The position numbers and the translations under genes are program-made. Under the pieces are notes generated by a model, which saw only the letters and a program-made list of their open reading frames with translations, ran no database searches and was not told the DNA's origin. DNA of 63,976 nt, the filler included, from Ministeria vibrans ATCC 50519 (taxonomy: Eukaryota > Protista > Filasterea): assembly GCA_943704425.1 (NCBI GenBank). It is 6 parts of 6 records of this genome, joined end to end, with 100 filler letters (N's around TTAATTAATTAA, not from the genome) between each part and the next. Parts side by side here need not be neighbours in the genome. Positions count along the whole stretch, not along the records: positions 23,675 to 42,302 come from CALSCP010000408.1; positions 42,403 to 57,004 come from CALSCP010001386.1; 4 more parts are not named here. The stretch is one strand, 5' to 3'. This document shows, in pieces, positions 35,852-48,400 of the stretch (position 1 is its first letter; the number at the start of each line of letters is the position of its first letter).

Positions 35852-38551
35852 ATGACCGGATCTGGTGACGCGAAGTCTACTGATAGAACTGGCGATGCTC
35901 CTCGACCCTTCACGTAAGTCTTCTTTCTTTTTTCTCCCTTTTTTTGTTTTCACTTTTCACAATATTTAATTTTACTCGTTCAGTTCGTTTGGTGTATTTT
36001 TTTTTTTCACGCTCACTTACTTTTCCAAGACATGCTCAATCGCGCCTGGCAATCTGTTCCCACCTCACCCAACCATCCTTTCGTATGCTTTTCCCACAGC
36101 GATCTGACCAATTTGCGCCCACCCATGTCACCGACCAAACTGCGCTATGACGAAGATCAGCCGTCCTTTCAAATGTCGCCCGCCACCGAGCCGCCCGCCT
36201 CGCCCCTTCTCAACACTACTGGACCACCATCACGCGATTCGGGTGCCGGCAGCGTTCCTGGCACGCCCACCAGCGTGCGTGCTCGAGTACATCCGTACCA
36301 ACGAGAAGTGCGCTGTAACTCGTCCACAGACGTAAACCTCGTGCGCTTCGCACGTCAGCAGCAGCAGCAGCAGATGCCGTCTATGAGCCGCTCCTTGCCG
36401 GGACGCAGCAAACTCGTGCCTGCACAGTCGCAGTCGCTTACCCCCACGTACTTTGCAACCGCTCCGATGGATCTCGACGGGTCGTCAAGCAGCCGCGATC
36501 GCTGCAACTCGGACCTTGGACACACCATTCGTCCGCCGCCCCACTCGTCGCATTCAAGTTCGCCCATTGGTATGTGTAACTCTGGCATGGAGGGTGCGTC
36601 GCGCAATAGCGTTGGTAGTGACGAAGTGTTCACTGAGAACGTGATGCTCCCCGTGGCATGTGCTGACGACGAGTGCGAGTCGCAGCACAGCAGCAACAGC
36701 GGTTCGACTCGTCGATCCCGCTCAAACACCTACGGTAGCGACGGTCGCTCGCGTGTCCCCAACACACCCCTACGTCAACACACGCCTCTCACACCCAAGC
36801 AGTCGCAGGCCGATTTCTCGGGTCGTCGTTCGGTTTGTGGCACCCCAAGTCTGGACGGCGACAGCAACGACCCCACCGGTCCCGTCTTCCGCACGGTCGA
36901 GGACGATTGTTCCCTCGCCGACATCTTTGATGGTGATGATGCCATGTCTGCCTGGCACTCCGACGACTGCCTTCAGGAACAGCAGCAGCTGAATTTCCAA
37001 CAACAGATGCAGTCCCGCCATGGCGTCTTCCCTCAGCATCATTCGTACGACTCGCTCTCGTCGCTCTCGCGCTCCGACAGCCTTACTACCAACTTTGCGG
37101 CCATGTCGACAGTGACACCCAGCCAGACGCCAACGCCCACTCGTGACATGGCCAAGGAGCAAGCAATGGCCGCTGCCATCTCGGCACCTCCCTCGAAACT
37201 CACCAGCAGCCCTAAATTGCCGCGTGCTCTCATTCGCTCCCAAACCCTTCACGGTCGCCCTTCGAGTCCGCTCACGTCGGTTGTTGAAGATACTTCCATG
37301 AGCATGGGCGCTGGTCGCCCCGCTCGCTCCTACCGCAGCCAAGAATGTGTCGCGTCCCCCTCCTCCTCATTTGCCGACTCTTCCTTTGTCGGTTCCAAAT
37401 GGTCTTCACATGTCCTCCCAATGCCCGTCCAAGAGCTCCAACAGCACCAGCAAGGGTCCATGCTTGAGGAAGAGGAGTCTTCTACCAGTACGCCTGCGCG
37501 AACAACAACAGCTGCTACTGCCACCGCCGCTATCATTGCTCGAATTGCCAAGACTGAGACTGCTGGTACCGTTGAGCGCACCGAAGACTACGGTGTGACC
37601 CCGTTGCATCATTCGCCCGATATTGTGGCTGTTCCCGTACCGCGCTGTCGCCGTGTTCAATCTTGCATGTTTTCGTCTCCCGCTACCCTCTTCCGCGCCG
37701 TCTCGCCCACGCCCAACTTTACCTTTGGCACCTTCAACGCCTTCAACCCGTCCGCACCCCAGCCTCCGGCCAAGGCCGCCATGACCCCTCGCGACGGCTC
37801 TCGCACCGCCTCCGAAGTGTACGGCTCACAATCGACTCTGACGGGCGCCGATTGCTACGATGGCCTGCGCCATCCCGGCGCATCGTCTAGTGCGATACAA
37901 CACATGCTCACACTGCGTGCCCGTGCAAGCTCTATGTGTGAGATTGGTCCCACTCACGAGCCCATTCCCCATCTGCTTGAGACAGTTGACGAGCCTCAAT
38001 ACTCCCACAACGTCAATCGTACCATCAGCCCGTTCACCGTACACGAACTCATCGGTGGTGTCCACAGCGATAAGTTTGACTACTACGTCATTCTTGACGC
38101 TCGTTTTGAATACGAATTCAACGGTATCCCCTAAATTGCGTTTGCGTCTTTTTCGCGGCTTTGTACTGACTGAATAGTTTATCTATTAGGCGGTCATATT
38201 GCCAATGCACTGAACAAGTACGATCCTGTCGAGTGCAAGGCATTTGTCTTTGGTGAACTTCTCGATGTAAGGAAATATTGGTTTTTCTTTTCTTTTTCTT
38301 ATTCATTCCTTTTTGTGTAGTATTTGAAGAAGGAGAACATTGACACACTGCGGTGTTGCATCGTGATTCACTGTGAGTTCTCACACTCGCGCGCCCCAAA
38401 AATGTTCGACATGCTTCGTCAAGAGGACCGCAATCGCAATGCGGCGCACTACCCTCTCCTTACTTTCCCTCAAATGTTCCTCATCAACACCGGATACAAA
38501 GGAATGTTCACGGAATACCCAGCGGTACACACACACACACCATAGACAGGA

Positions 38552-38610
<59 letters not shown>

Positions 38611-38823
38611 ACTCAACTTCCCAAATTCAGTGTGTGCAGTTTCGTTTCGTTATACTCATTGTTTCGATATGCTCTGTAGGACTGCACACCTCAATCTTAC
38701 CTGGCCATGGACGACCCTGCGTACACTGCCGAGCGCAATGCATGTCTTGATCGCTGGAAGAGCGACACTTCTAAACCCAAGAAACGCTCTCGCTCCCAAT
38801 CTTGCGTTTACTCTCACTATTAG
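35852..38823 (+). CDS. CDC25: M-phase inducer phosphatase Cdc25, about 5 exons
   Basis: Long S/T-P-rich N-terminus; ILDARFEYEFNG|GHIANA; catalytic HCEFSHSR (HCx5R); LRQEDR..HYPLLTFPQMF..GYKGMF; C.PQSYLAM. Confidence 0.93.
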
Positions 38824-38991
38824 ATTCTATTATGCTATCACTTAACTAAAATTCGCCATCGCTTCATCACTCTCATCGCGATTTTCTCCTGGCTTTTACT
38901 TCTTGCTTCATTTGTACAATAATGCATCTTTAATTGGAACATACTTTTTTCAAGGAACCACGCACATATACTTTGACTGAGTAAAATGTTT

Positions 38992-41459
38992 CTACTGAGT
39001 GTCAGTTTTGGTGTAAAAGAGAACATAGGGAGTCAAGTGCGATTGCGAGTGCGGCACAAGCACAGACCGAGTGAGTCCTTCTGAGCACATTCTCACGTGA
39101 GAATCGTCAAAATACACAAATTGGTTTCCTTTTCAAGAGAAAGGCATAGAGATACGAGAAAGAAACAAGTGTGTGATTGTGAATGGCACAAAATATTCAA
39201 CAACACACAAAATTTCTAACCAGTTTCACTTTCCGTCATCTGTTCCTCTTTTGGTTCCCGATTCGGAGGCTTCTCGGCCACTTCTGATTTCTATCAAACA
39301 ATATTATTATGACCATCATTAAAAAATACGTTTGCTTACCTTTTGAAAGAATGCTCCGATACGTTTCATTTTTGGTTCTTCTTTTTTTTCTGATTCGTTT
39401 GTGCTTTTTTCAACATTTGCTTTTGACTAAACAGTCAAGTATTAATAAGTAGACATCAAAAGGTTTCAAGTTATTATTTTTAATTGGTTTTACCGTTTTT
39501 GAGAGTTTCTTTGTAAAAAACGAGAAGATGGATTTCGTTTTGACCTAAAAATAATCATTATTGTTTTGCATTGCGTACACTTTTTTCTTACAGTCGAAAC
39601 TAAGTTCTCATTTTCTTCCGTTTCAGATTCATTTTCACTTTCATTTTCCTATAAAATCATTCAATTATAAAACAAAATGAATAACAAAAAGTCGAAGAAG
39701 AATACAACCCATTTATTAATGAACAAAAAGTAATAAGAAAATAAATTATTAATGATAATAATAATGAAATTACTATTATTAACATACTATTTTTTGTTGT
39801 ACCATTTTCTGTCGCTTTTCCGTTTCTTCCGTTTCAAATTCCGTTTCTTCCTTTGGTCTCTTTTTTCCCGTAAAATATGAAATTTCTTTTTCCTTCTTTG
39901 AACTCTTATAAAAATATAATCAGAATAAGAGAGACTTTTTGTTGGTTCTTACTGATTGAGCAGTTTTAGGAAGAGACAAAAATGAACTCATTTCGGAATA
40001 ATCGACAGACTGGTCAAAATCTATATGAAAGCCGGTGAGGATATCATCATTCCTTTTCGCTCTTTCTAACTTGAATTGAGAATGTTTGAGTGTTTCTTGT
40101 GAATGAGCACAGTGTAATGACCATTTTGCAGCGAGATTCCACTGTGCAAAATTACGCCAAAGAGTTCTGCAAAGAAAGAGAGTGAGCGACAATTATTAAA
40201 TAAATCAGAAGAGCAATCAAATCACTTTTTGTAATCGAATTGGATCGATAACGTGAGTGTTGTTTCGTACCGTAATGCGTTGACTCATTTGTGTTCTTCT
40301 CAAGATCGAAAAGGAATGGGATTTCCATTGGATTGAGCAATTTCGATGCAAACTGTGTCGTGTATGAGAATCGTTTCAATTGAATTGTCAATATGTCCGG
40401 AAGAGAACTGCAAATAATCACAAAAAGAAGTGATTCAGGGGAGATGAAATGAATACGAATTGTGCCGACCTAAAAGTGAGCGTTTTTTGTGCTTCGGTGA
40501 GTCTCTGACAATCGGGACAAAAGTACTTTTCACTTCCGCGAATGCTAAACAAACAAACAAACAAAGTTAAAGCAAACACACACACACACATTTACATAAA
40601 ACAAACATTGTTTTTAGAGTACTGTTCAGTTTTCATTTGAAGTTGAATGGCGGAAACGAGTGAGTCACTCAGAGGCACACTGAGGTCGAGAGACGACTCC
40701 AGGGTGTCGCTGGTGTACTCACATTCATCGCATCGGAGACGGGAGCGCGAGTGGAAGGAGAAAGGGACGAGGATTGGGAGTTGAGTGTGTGGCGCAAACA
40801 CAAGTTGTGCTTCGGATGCGTGAGCGAGAAAGAAGCGAAGGAGCTCGTGGACGTCGTGCTGGCGACGATCAGCGTCTGAGAAGAGTGGGGAGGCGCGGGT
40901 AAGGGCAGCAATGAGGGTGGACGGGGTGAGGGAGAGCGTGGGGGAGCGCAGAAAGGAGCGTGCTGCGGACGCGTCTGGCTGGGAGGCGTAGTCGCGCGCA
41001 TGCCGCTGCAAATCGTGCCGGAGCTGCGCGAGTGCGTGCACGACGGGATAGCGTGCTCGAAGTGCCTCCCCGTGCACCGACAGGAGATGGTCGAGAGCGT
41101 TGGAGAGTCGCGGGAGTCGAGACAAGAGCTGAACGAGAACATTGACGAAACATGTTGTGCCCAGATTGCTCTACGAAGACCTTATTGCCAAGGAGACATC
41201 GAACCGGTGCTACTTACTAGTCCTGAGCAAGGAATTGGAAGCAGCGCAGGTTCGGGAGACGCAACGGTGGTCATTTCACACTCGTCGTTGTCAACCGTGT
41301 CTGCCTGGACGGCACCAGGCCGCGTGAGCGACAGACTGGGACGCGACACAGCCCCCTTCAACGATGGATCCTCTGGCATGAGTGTCAGAGCAAAAGAAAT
41401 GGTGATGATCGCACCAGTCGCGAAACTTTGGACTCACTGTGGACTTCAAAGTCTATCAT
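38992..41459 (-). CDS. USP1: USP1-like ubiquitin-specific protease, many short exons
   Basis: Cys box GL|SNLGTTCFVN, QHDVHE, GSEKYFC, LTIQLKRF, His box LFGVILHSGISLQNGHYT, a large insertion, then YFDDSHV..TPYVLFY. The His box and the insertion position resemble USP1. Confidence 0.8.
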
Positions 41460-41531
41460 GAATCATGATCGATTCAAGTTTGAAGTTAAAATTTTCTGTC
41501 TGAGTGTTACCTTTCAAAAATAGAGGCAATC

Positions 41532-41904
41532 ATGTCCAAGTCAGTACCTGGTAAGTGATGCTTGTCAGCCATTGACTCGCAACGCACAAGGAGAACCCCC
41601 CTCGCCCCTCCCAAAAAAATCCCGTGGCAAACAAATGACCTAAACCTACAAAACAACGGTCGTACTGTGCGCTGCTGCGTGTGTGCGTGCGTGTGTGTGT
41701 GGACGGGAGTCTAATGTGCCGCGGGGGCTTGTGTGTCTAGACGTTGCGTCCGTGGCGGCCGCTGTTGAAGCGAGCAAAGATGTTCTGAGCGATTCCGACA
41801 AGACATTCCTCGTGTCCTACCTGAAGCGCGCCGACGTCGCCCAGGCCCTGGAGACCTACCAGCTGTGTCGCACCAAGACCAAGCCCAACTCGACTAATGC
41901 GACC
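41532..41904 (+). CDS. 5' exons of an unidentified gene (short helical N-terminus, possibly L27-like), truncated by scaffold end
   Basis: ATG at 41532, GTAAGT donor, AG acceptor at 41740, open exon DVASVAAAVEASKDVLSDSDKTFLVSYLKRADVAQALETY, GTAAGG donor. Confidence 0.5.
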
Positions 41905-42402
41905 GTAAGGAGAATGAGAGGAGAAAGAAGCTAAAGGAGAAAGAAGAAAAAAAATTGGGAAAAAACGCGTCGCTTGCTCGCCCTGATGTCTCTCTGGGGG
42001 CCACACCGCCGCCATCAGCCTGCCTCTTCCCGTGGCCTACCCCTCCCCGCCCGATTCCGCTGCTGCTACTGTCTCAATCACTGTTCTTTTTTTTTTTGCT
42101 TTTGACTGTTTGTCGTCTCGTCATTTGTTTGCGATTTTTACTGTGCTCTCCAAAAAGGCCGGTTCTTCGCCAGATCGTCTGTGGACACTTCCATAGGTTG
42201 AATCCACCTGCTTTTTGTTTGATAATCGGTCGCCAATTGCGTTTTCCACAAACACTCTTTTTCGTTTTCATCATTCATGTTGCACCATTGTGTGCCATTC
42301 AANNNNNNNNNNNNNNNNNNNNNNNNNNNNNNNNNNNNNNNNNNNNTTAATTAATTAANNNNNNNNNNNNNNNNNNNNNNNNNNNNNNNNNNNNNNNNNN
42401 NN

Positions 42403-45400
42403 GGTACCAAAACCGGCAAAGATGTCGGTCGTGATGTAGACGCTGCCACCGGAACCACCACCGGCCGCAGCATTGGAGGGAGTCAGACCCGCCACCGTGA
42501 TAGTACCATCCACTGTGGTGTAGTTGGTAGCAATGATGCGAACACGGCCACCACCACTTCCACCCGGACGGTTCAATTGACCAGCACCACCACCGCTACC
42601 GAGAAGCGTCGGTGCAACAAATGTACCATAGGGAATGCCCACCACATTGGCCTGATCAGCACCGCCGCTGAAGCCACGGCCGCCACGGCCCGCATGACCC
42701 GCACCCGACGCCCCTCCGACACCAGGAAGACCCGCTCCAGGACCCAAGTTGGATGTGTAACCGAGACCGGCGCCGGTAACCGTCGCAAACGTGTCGACGG
42801 TGACGTTGAGCGCCTCGAGTGTCATAAAGCCAGCCGTGAGAACTCCACCTCCATTGACGGTGAGCGTCTTGCTCATGACAATGTTGAGGCCGTGCGAGTC
42901 GGTAGTCGCGTCCGCTGTGTACGTCAGTTGACCCTCGTTAAGCAGTGTAAAGGTCGATGCGTCAATAACACCGGCTGACGCCGAGTTGATTGAGCCGGAC
43001 TCAAGCACGGTGAGAAGCGAGTTTTGCGAGACGGACAAGTCCGAGATACCATTCAGACGACCCGCCAGGTACACGTCCACAGTCTGCCAGAAGGTGACCG
43101 CTGGCAAGGTGAACACTGACGAGGGGTAGGCATTAAGACTGACACCCATAAACTTGTCGGTGGTCGAAATGTCCACAGACTGACCGGAGGCAGCGTGAAG
43201 GACAGCCGTCTTGTCACCAGTAATCGACGTAAAGGTCAAGTCAACAGTGGTCGCGTGCTGCTCCATGGCAAGGTGCGCCGACTCGAGTGCCTCCAGTAAA
43301 TCAATAGTGAGCCCCGTGGCGGTAGACGCCGCATCAGGAACGATCCAGGTACGCGCGGCGTCGGTCACGAGCGACGCCGGTGAGGCCGTCACCGTGTCCG
43401 ATCCAAGGTACAATTGGAAATCGATCGCGCTCGCGTAGCTCTGCTGACGCTGCAAGTACAACATGACCTTATCGACACCCAGGCCGATGGGGACGTCGAC
43501 GTACTCGCCGTCGAAACAGTTGGGGGTTGTGGCAAAGGTCGAAGCGGATCCCTTGATGTATGTCTCAGTTGTGCCGACCAGATATGAAATGCGATAGTTC
43601 GAGTTGTAGCCCGAGGCGCAGCTGGGATAGTAACGCACGTGATGAAGGTGTGTCGTCATGGGCAACGACACGGTCACGGGCACAATGGCACTCGTACTGA
43701 CCGAGAAGCGAGTGGACGTAGAAAGATCCGTGAGATAGCCAAATCGATTGGTGGTGCTAAGCGCATTGTAGGGCACTTGCCAGTTGACACCGTTCTCGGT
43801 GGTCACCGACTGTCCGTTGTACGAGGGTGACGATGTCTTAAGCAGCTCCACCTGGTTGATACGCTGCGTCTCTGGTGGCACACCGTCATTAGAGACGCGC
43901 AGGCGCGAGCCACTGGTATCACTAATGTACACCGTGCCGGCAGCACCGTTCTCGACCGACCCTTTGCCGCCGTTGACAACGTACGTGCCAATGAACCCCA
44001 AAGTTGACAGCGTACTTTCAATGGCCAGGCGTCCGCCGGCACCACCGCCACCTTGAAGATTAGCAGACACTGACACGTCGCCATTGCCGCCTGCAACCTC
44101 CACCGATCCAGAGCCCGTAAACAGATTTGCTGTCACCCAAATAGAGCCACCGGCGCCACCACCAGCGCCGCCACCGCTGCTGGAGCCCTGGAAGGCCTGG
44201 CCGTTGCACGCGACACGTCCATTGACCGTCAGCGTACCAGTGATGTTCAGACGAATGATGCCACCACCGGCGCCGCCCGCGTTCGAGGCGCTACCGTCAC
44301 CTCCACGCGAACCAAAGTCCTGCGGCGCAGTGAGCGAACCGTACGAAGCGGCCGACAACTGACGAATCGCCGAGCGTCCGCCACGACCGCCATGACCACC
44401 ACCGGTGCCACCACCCGTACCGCCAATGGTGTAGGAGTAGCCCGCGCCGGGTCCCGATCCCGAGCGCCATCCAAAACCTTTGTAGTCAGCCGTGATCACG
44501 CCGCCCGTGTCAATGGTAGCGTTACGCGCATCCACAGTGAGCCACTCAACATTGAGCATGCCCCCGCCACACACCTGAAGGGTGTCACCAGAGAAGCGAC
44601 GCAGCGAGTCACCGTTGATAGAATTGAGCGTACCCTGGTTGCGCACTTTGATTTCCGTAAAGAAGAAAGTCTCGGTAGCCTCGCCGGCGACATTGAACAT
44701 CTCAAGCATATTGATCACGGCGCCATTTGTCACGGTGACATTCTCGACGCCCAGCAAAAGACCATCAAGAGTCATGACAACGGGACCCGACATGGTCACG
44801 TCACCACCCAGAAGCTCCAGTTGAGCACCCGAGTTAACCATGACATTGAGGGGCAACGATGAAGCTGTGACAGTGACCACCTGCGACCAGCCCACATGCA
44901 TGGTGCCGGTGAGATCACCGAAAATCTCGCCAATCGACGCGCGCACCACCTGCGACGTGCCCAAACTCTTCGGCAGACGGACGGCAAGGTCCGCCGAGCC
45001 GTACAGGTGAACCTCCTTGGCTTCAATTTTTTCGTTGGCAAATCGCCACGCGTACGCACCGGTTGTTGGTTGTTGCAGCAGCCATGTACGCGGCGCGTCC
45101 GTCTCTGGCTGTGTGTATGTCGCATTGTTCACGCGAGGACTCACGGCATTCTGACCCAGGTTGTTGGCATACAACGTCGCATTAGAGCCATCAAGGGCAA
45201 AAATGAAAACAGTTCCGCTGCCACCCGCACGCGAACTCGTGCCGGTGCCGCCCTGTGTCTTGTACTGACCCACAAACAGGTTGGTCAGACGCGTAGCCAT
45301 ATGCACGGCAAAACGACCACCGGCACCGCCGCCGCCGCCCGGCGAGCTACCAGTGCTCACACCGCCAGCCCCACCTGAGATGTCAACGGTACCAATACCG

Positions 45401-48400
45401 TCCCAAATGGGCGTGTTGACAAAAATGGCGCCACCCGAACCACCGCCTGCTTGCAGATCGCCGTTCTGGCCACCACGCGACGACACTGTGCCATCAACGA
45501 CCACCTTGACAGTGCCGTTCATGAAGAGACGCCCACCGCCCATGCCTCCCTTGTACGGCCACACACCCGCACCGCCGGGCGAACCAAAGGTTTCCGGGAT
45601 GCGATAATCACCATGAGCAATGCCAGCGCTTGTGGCAGCCGCACCTAGACCGAAAGCACCGCTACCACCGTAGCCACCGCCCGAGCTTCCCGACGTGGAC
45701 GTGGTGCCCTGACCTGCCATGACGCTCGCCAGTGTACCCGGTGCGCTCGCATCCACCGAGACCGTGGCAGAGGACTCTACAGAGATGTCATCAAAGAACA
45801 GCACCAAATCGTCGGCAGTGAACGACGAGCCACCCTTCATGTCAAGGGCCGTGCCCTGAAACACCACGGGTTCGCCTGCCGTCGGCGAAACGGTCTCCAC
45901 CGCGCCATTTCCAAGCACTGTAAGCGCATTCCACTTGAATGTCTCGACAATGCCACTGTGAATGGTGAGGACACAGCCTTCGCCAACATTTACCACCGGA
46001 ATGACCTGAGTAATGGTGCCACGCGACCAGATGTGGCCACCCTGGCACTCAAACACCGAGCTGGGCAAGTTTGCGGTCGCAGAGCGCTCGACGTAGAGCG
46101 AGAAAGGCAGGCGCAAATGACCGACGTTGAATGTGAGCGTCTGGCCTGAACGTGTTGCCACAAGTCCCTTATTGTCACCGCGGAACACCTTGGCAGTGAG
46201 TGTCGAACCCACACCGCTGTACACAAGAGAGGCGCCTCCGTAGACGTGGACCTCCTCAAAGACATGTGCCTCGCTCGCGAGACCGGGCGACGGTGGAATC
46301 CACGCAGCATTCGGGTAGGAGCTGTAGGAATCATCGAGCGCTGCCGTCGCAGGATCCTCGCCAACGTAAAGATCGGCCGCGCGAAGACCACGGTTGGAAC
46401 CCGACAGTAACAAACTAAACTCATCGAGCCAGGCGTTGACGGGAATGTCAAGGTAGTCACCCTGAGCACATGTCGTCGCCGAAATGGCACTGCCAGAATC
46501 AATCACACTGGCAGAGACACCATTGAGCGAGCGCGACGCGTAGTAGGTCGTGGGAGCAGCGCATGCCTCGTAGATGCGCACGTACGAGATGTAGAGCGGA
46601 AGAGGGAGATCAAACTTAAGCGTTGACGACGACGAACTCGTGCGGTACACCTGAGTGGTAGACGTCATCGAACCCGAAAACATGTTCGAGATCTGGTAGT
46701 AGATACTTGACGAGCCAGTATACTGAATGCCGCCCGACGAGGTCACGACGATACCGTTGGGAGCAGTATACGTCGTGGATGACGAAGACGCACTGCCACC
46801 CGACAAGTCGAGACGCTGGACGACCGGAATGCGCACCGAGGGTGCGGTCCCCTGACCATTGTCGATGAACAGCGTTCGGTTCGCGCCCGTGGCATCATCT
46901 TGAATGTAGATGGTACCCGCGCCACCCAGCTCGAGAGTGCCCGAGCCGCCGTACGCCTCAAAGGTACCCTCAAACGTGTTGCGCGTGTTGAAGTAGAAAG
47001 CACCACGGCCGCCCGAGCCGGCGCCACCGCCACGCGTTGAACTTGGATAGCCGTCGCCACCGCGCAGAGAATAGGTGCCAACACCATCAAGGATTCCAGT
47101 GCGCACATAGATCGAGCCGCCCGAACCACCACCACCGTAGTTGCCAGTATAGTCCTGACCATCAACAAGAATCGTACCGTCGTTGCGCAGTTCAGTCGTC
47201 ACGAAAAACGTCAGCGCACCACCGCCAGCGCCGCCACCCGTCGACGAGGAAGTGCCACCACCACCGGCCGAACCAAAGTGTTCCGGAGCATAGAGTGAGC
47301 CGTACGCGGCGCGCGTAAAAGGACGCAGTGGTGCACGGCCTCCGCGACCACCGTACGAACCGCCAGTGCCTCCGCCGGTACCGCCGAGGGCCGCGTCGTA
47401 GCCTCGGCCGGGGCCCGAGCCACTCGGGAAGCCCCATTCGCTTGCGTCAATGACACCACCGGGGCTCACGTGGAGCGTGGTGGCGGACACGAACAGGCGG
47501 TTGGCGCGGAGCAGACCGGCACCACGCACGTTGAATACAGTGCAGTTGATGTGCACGCGTTCGGCGGTGCCGCCCGTCACGGTGACATTGTCAGCAGAGG
47601 AGGGATAGAAGTAGCCGTTGGCGTCCACGGTCACATTCTCAAAACGGTACTCACCCAAGTTGTCGGCGTTGTCCGTCTTGCCGGCGCTGTAGAAGAGGAT
47701 GCGACCATTACCGGACACAGTCAGATCGCGCACACCCGAAAGCGTTCCGTTCACATCGAGCGTCGTATATCCGTACACACGCTTCTTGGTCTCGTCAAAG
47801 TGAAGTGTCGCTGTCGGATACACACGCGACGTCATGGGAATGTTGCGTGTCGTATCCACAATGTTGATACGCTGGTTGCGACCCATGTGCCACACCGGCG
47901 TGGCATCACCGACAAGCAGGTTGGCAGTGAGCGTAATGGAACCGGATGTGGGCGTGGGGCGCACTGCGAGATGAGCGTTGCCACGAATGTGCATCACGTC
48001 AAAGGTATGTGCTGTCGTCCCTGACTGGTACTCGATCCAGGTGACACCACCCACAGTGGTGATGCTGTCAAAGACACCCCCCTGAATATGGTACTTGGCT
48101 GGGTAGGCAATGCCATTGTTGTCAATCGAGAGAGTGCGTCGCGTGACGGTGTTTCCACCCGCCACGATCACATTGCTCTCCTCGTACACAATGCCGGCAG
48201 CACCCGACTCGCCGCCATTGGAAGCACCGCCGTACGCAGTAATGTTGCCCAAAAAGTTGGCAGAGGCAGTGCGGTAAATGGCAATCATGCCACCAGCACC
48301 ACCACCGGCAGCGTTCACTGTCGCCGTGCCACCGTTGGCCGTGATCACACCGTAGCCACCAAACGTACCGGTCTCAATGTAAATCGCACCGCCCGCGCCG

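Noticed and set aside
38124-38189. Possible U12 intron in CDC25 (5' end GTATCCCC)
   Set aside because: It deviates from GTATCCTT, has no TCCTTAAC branch site, and has a U2-type TACTGAC.
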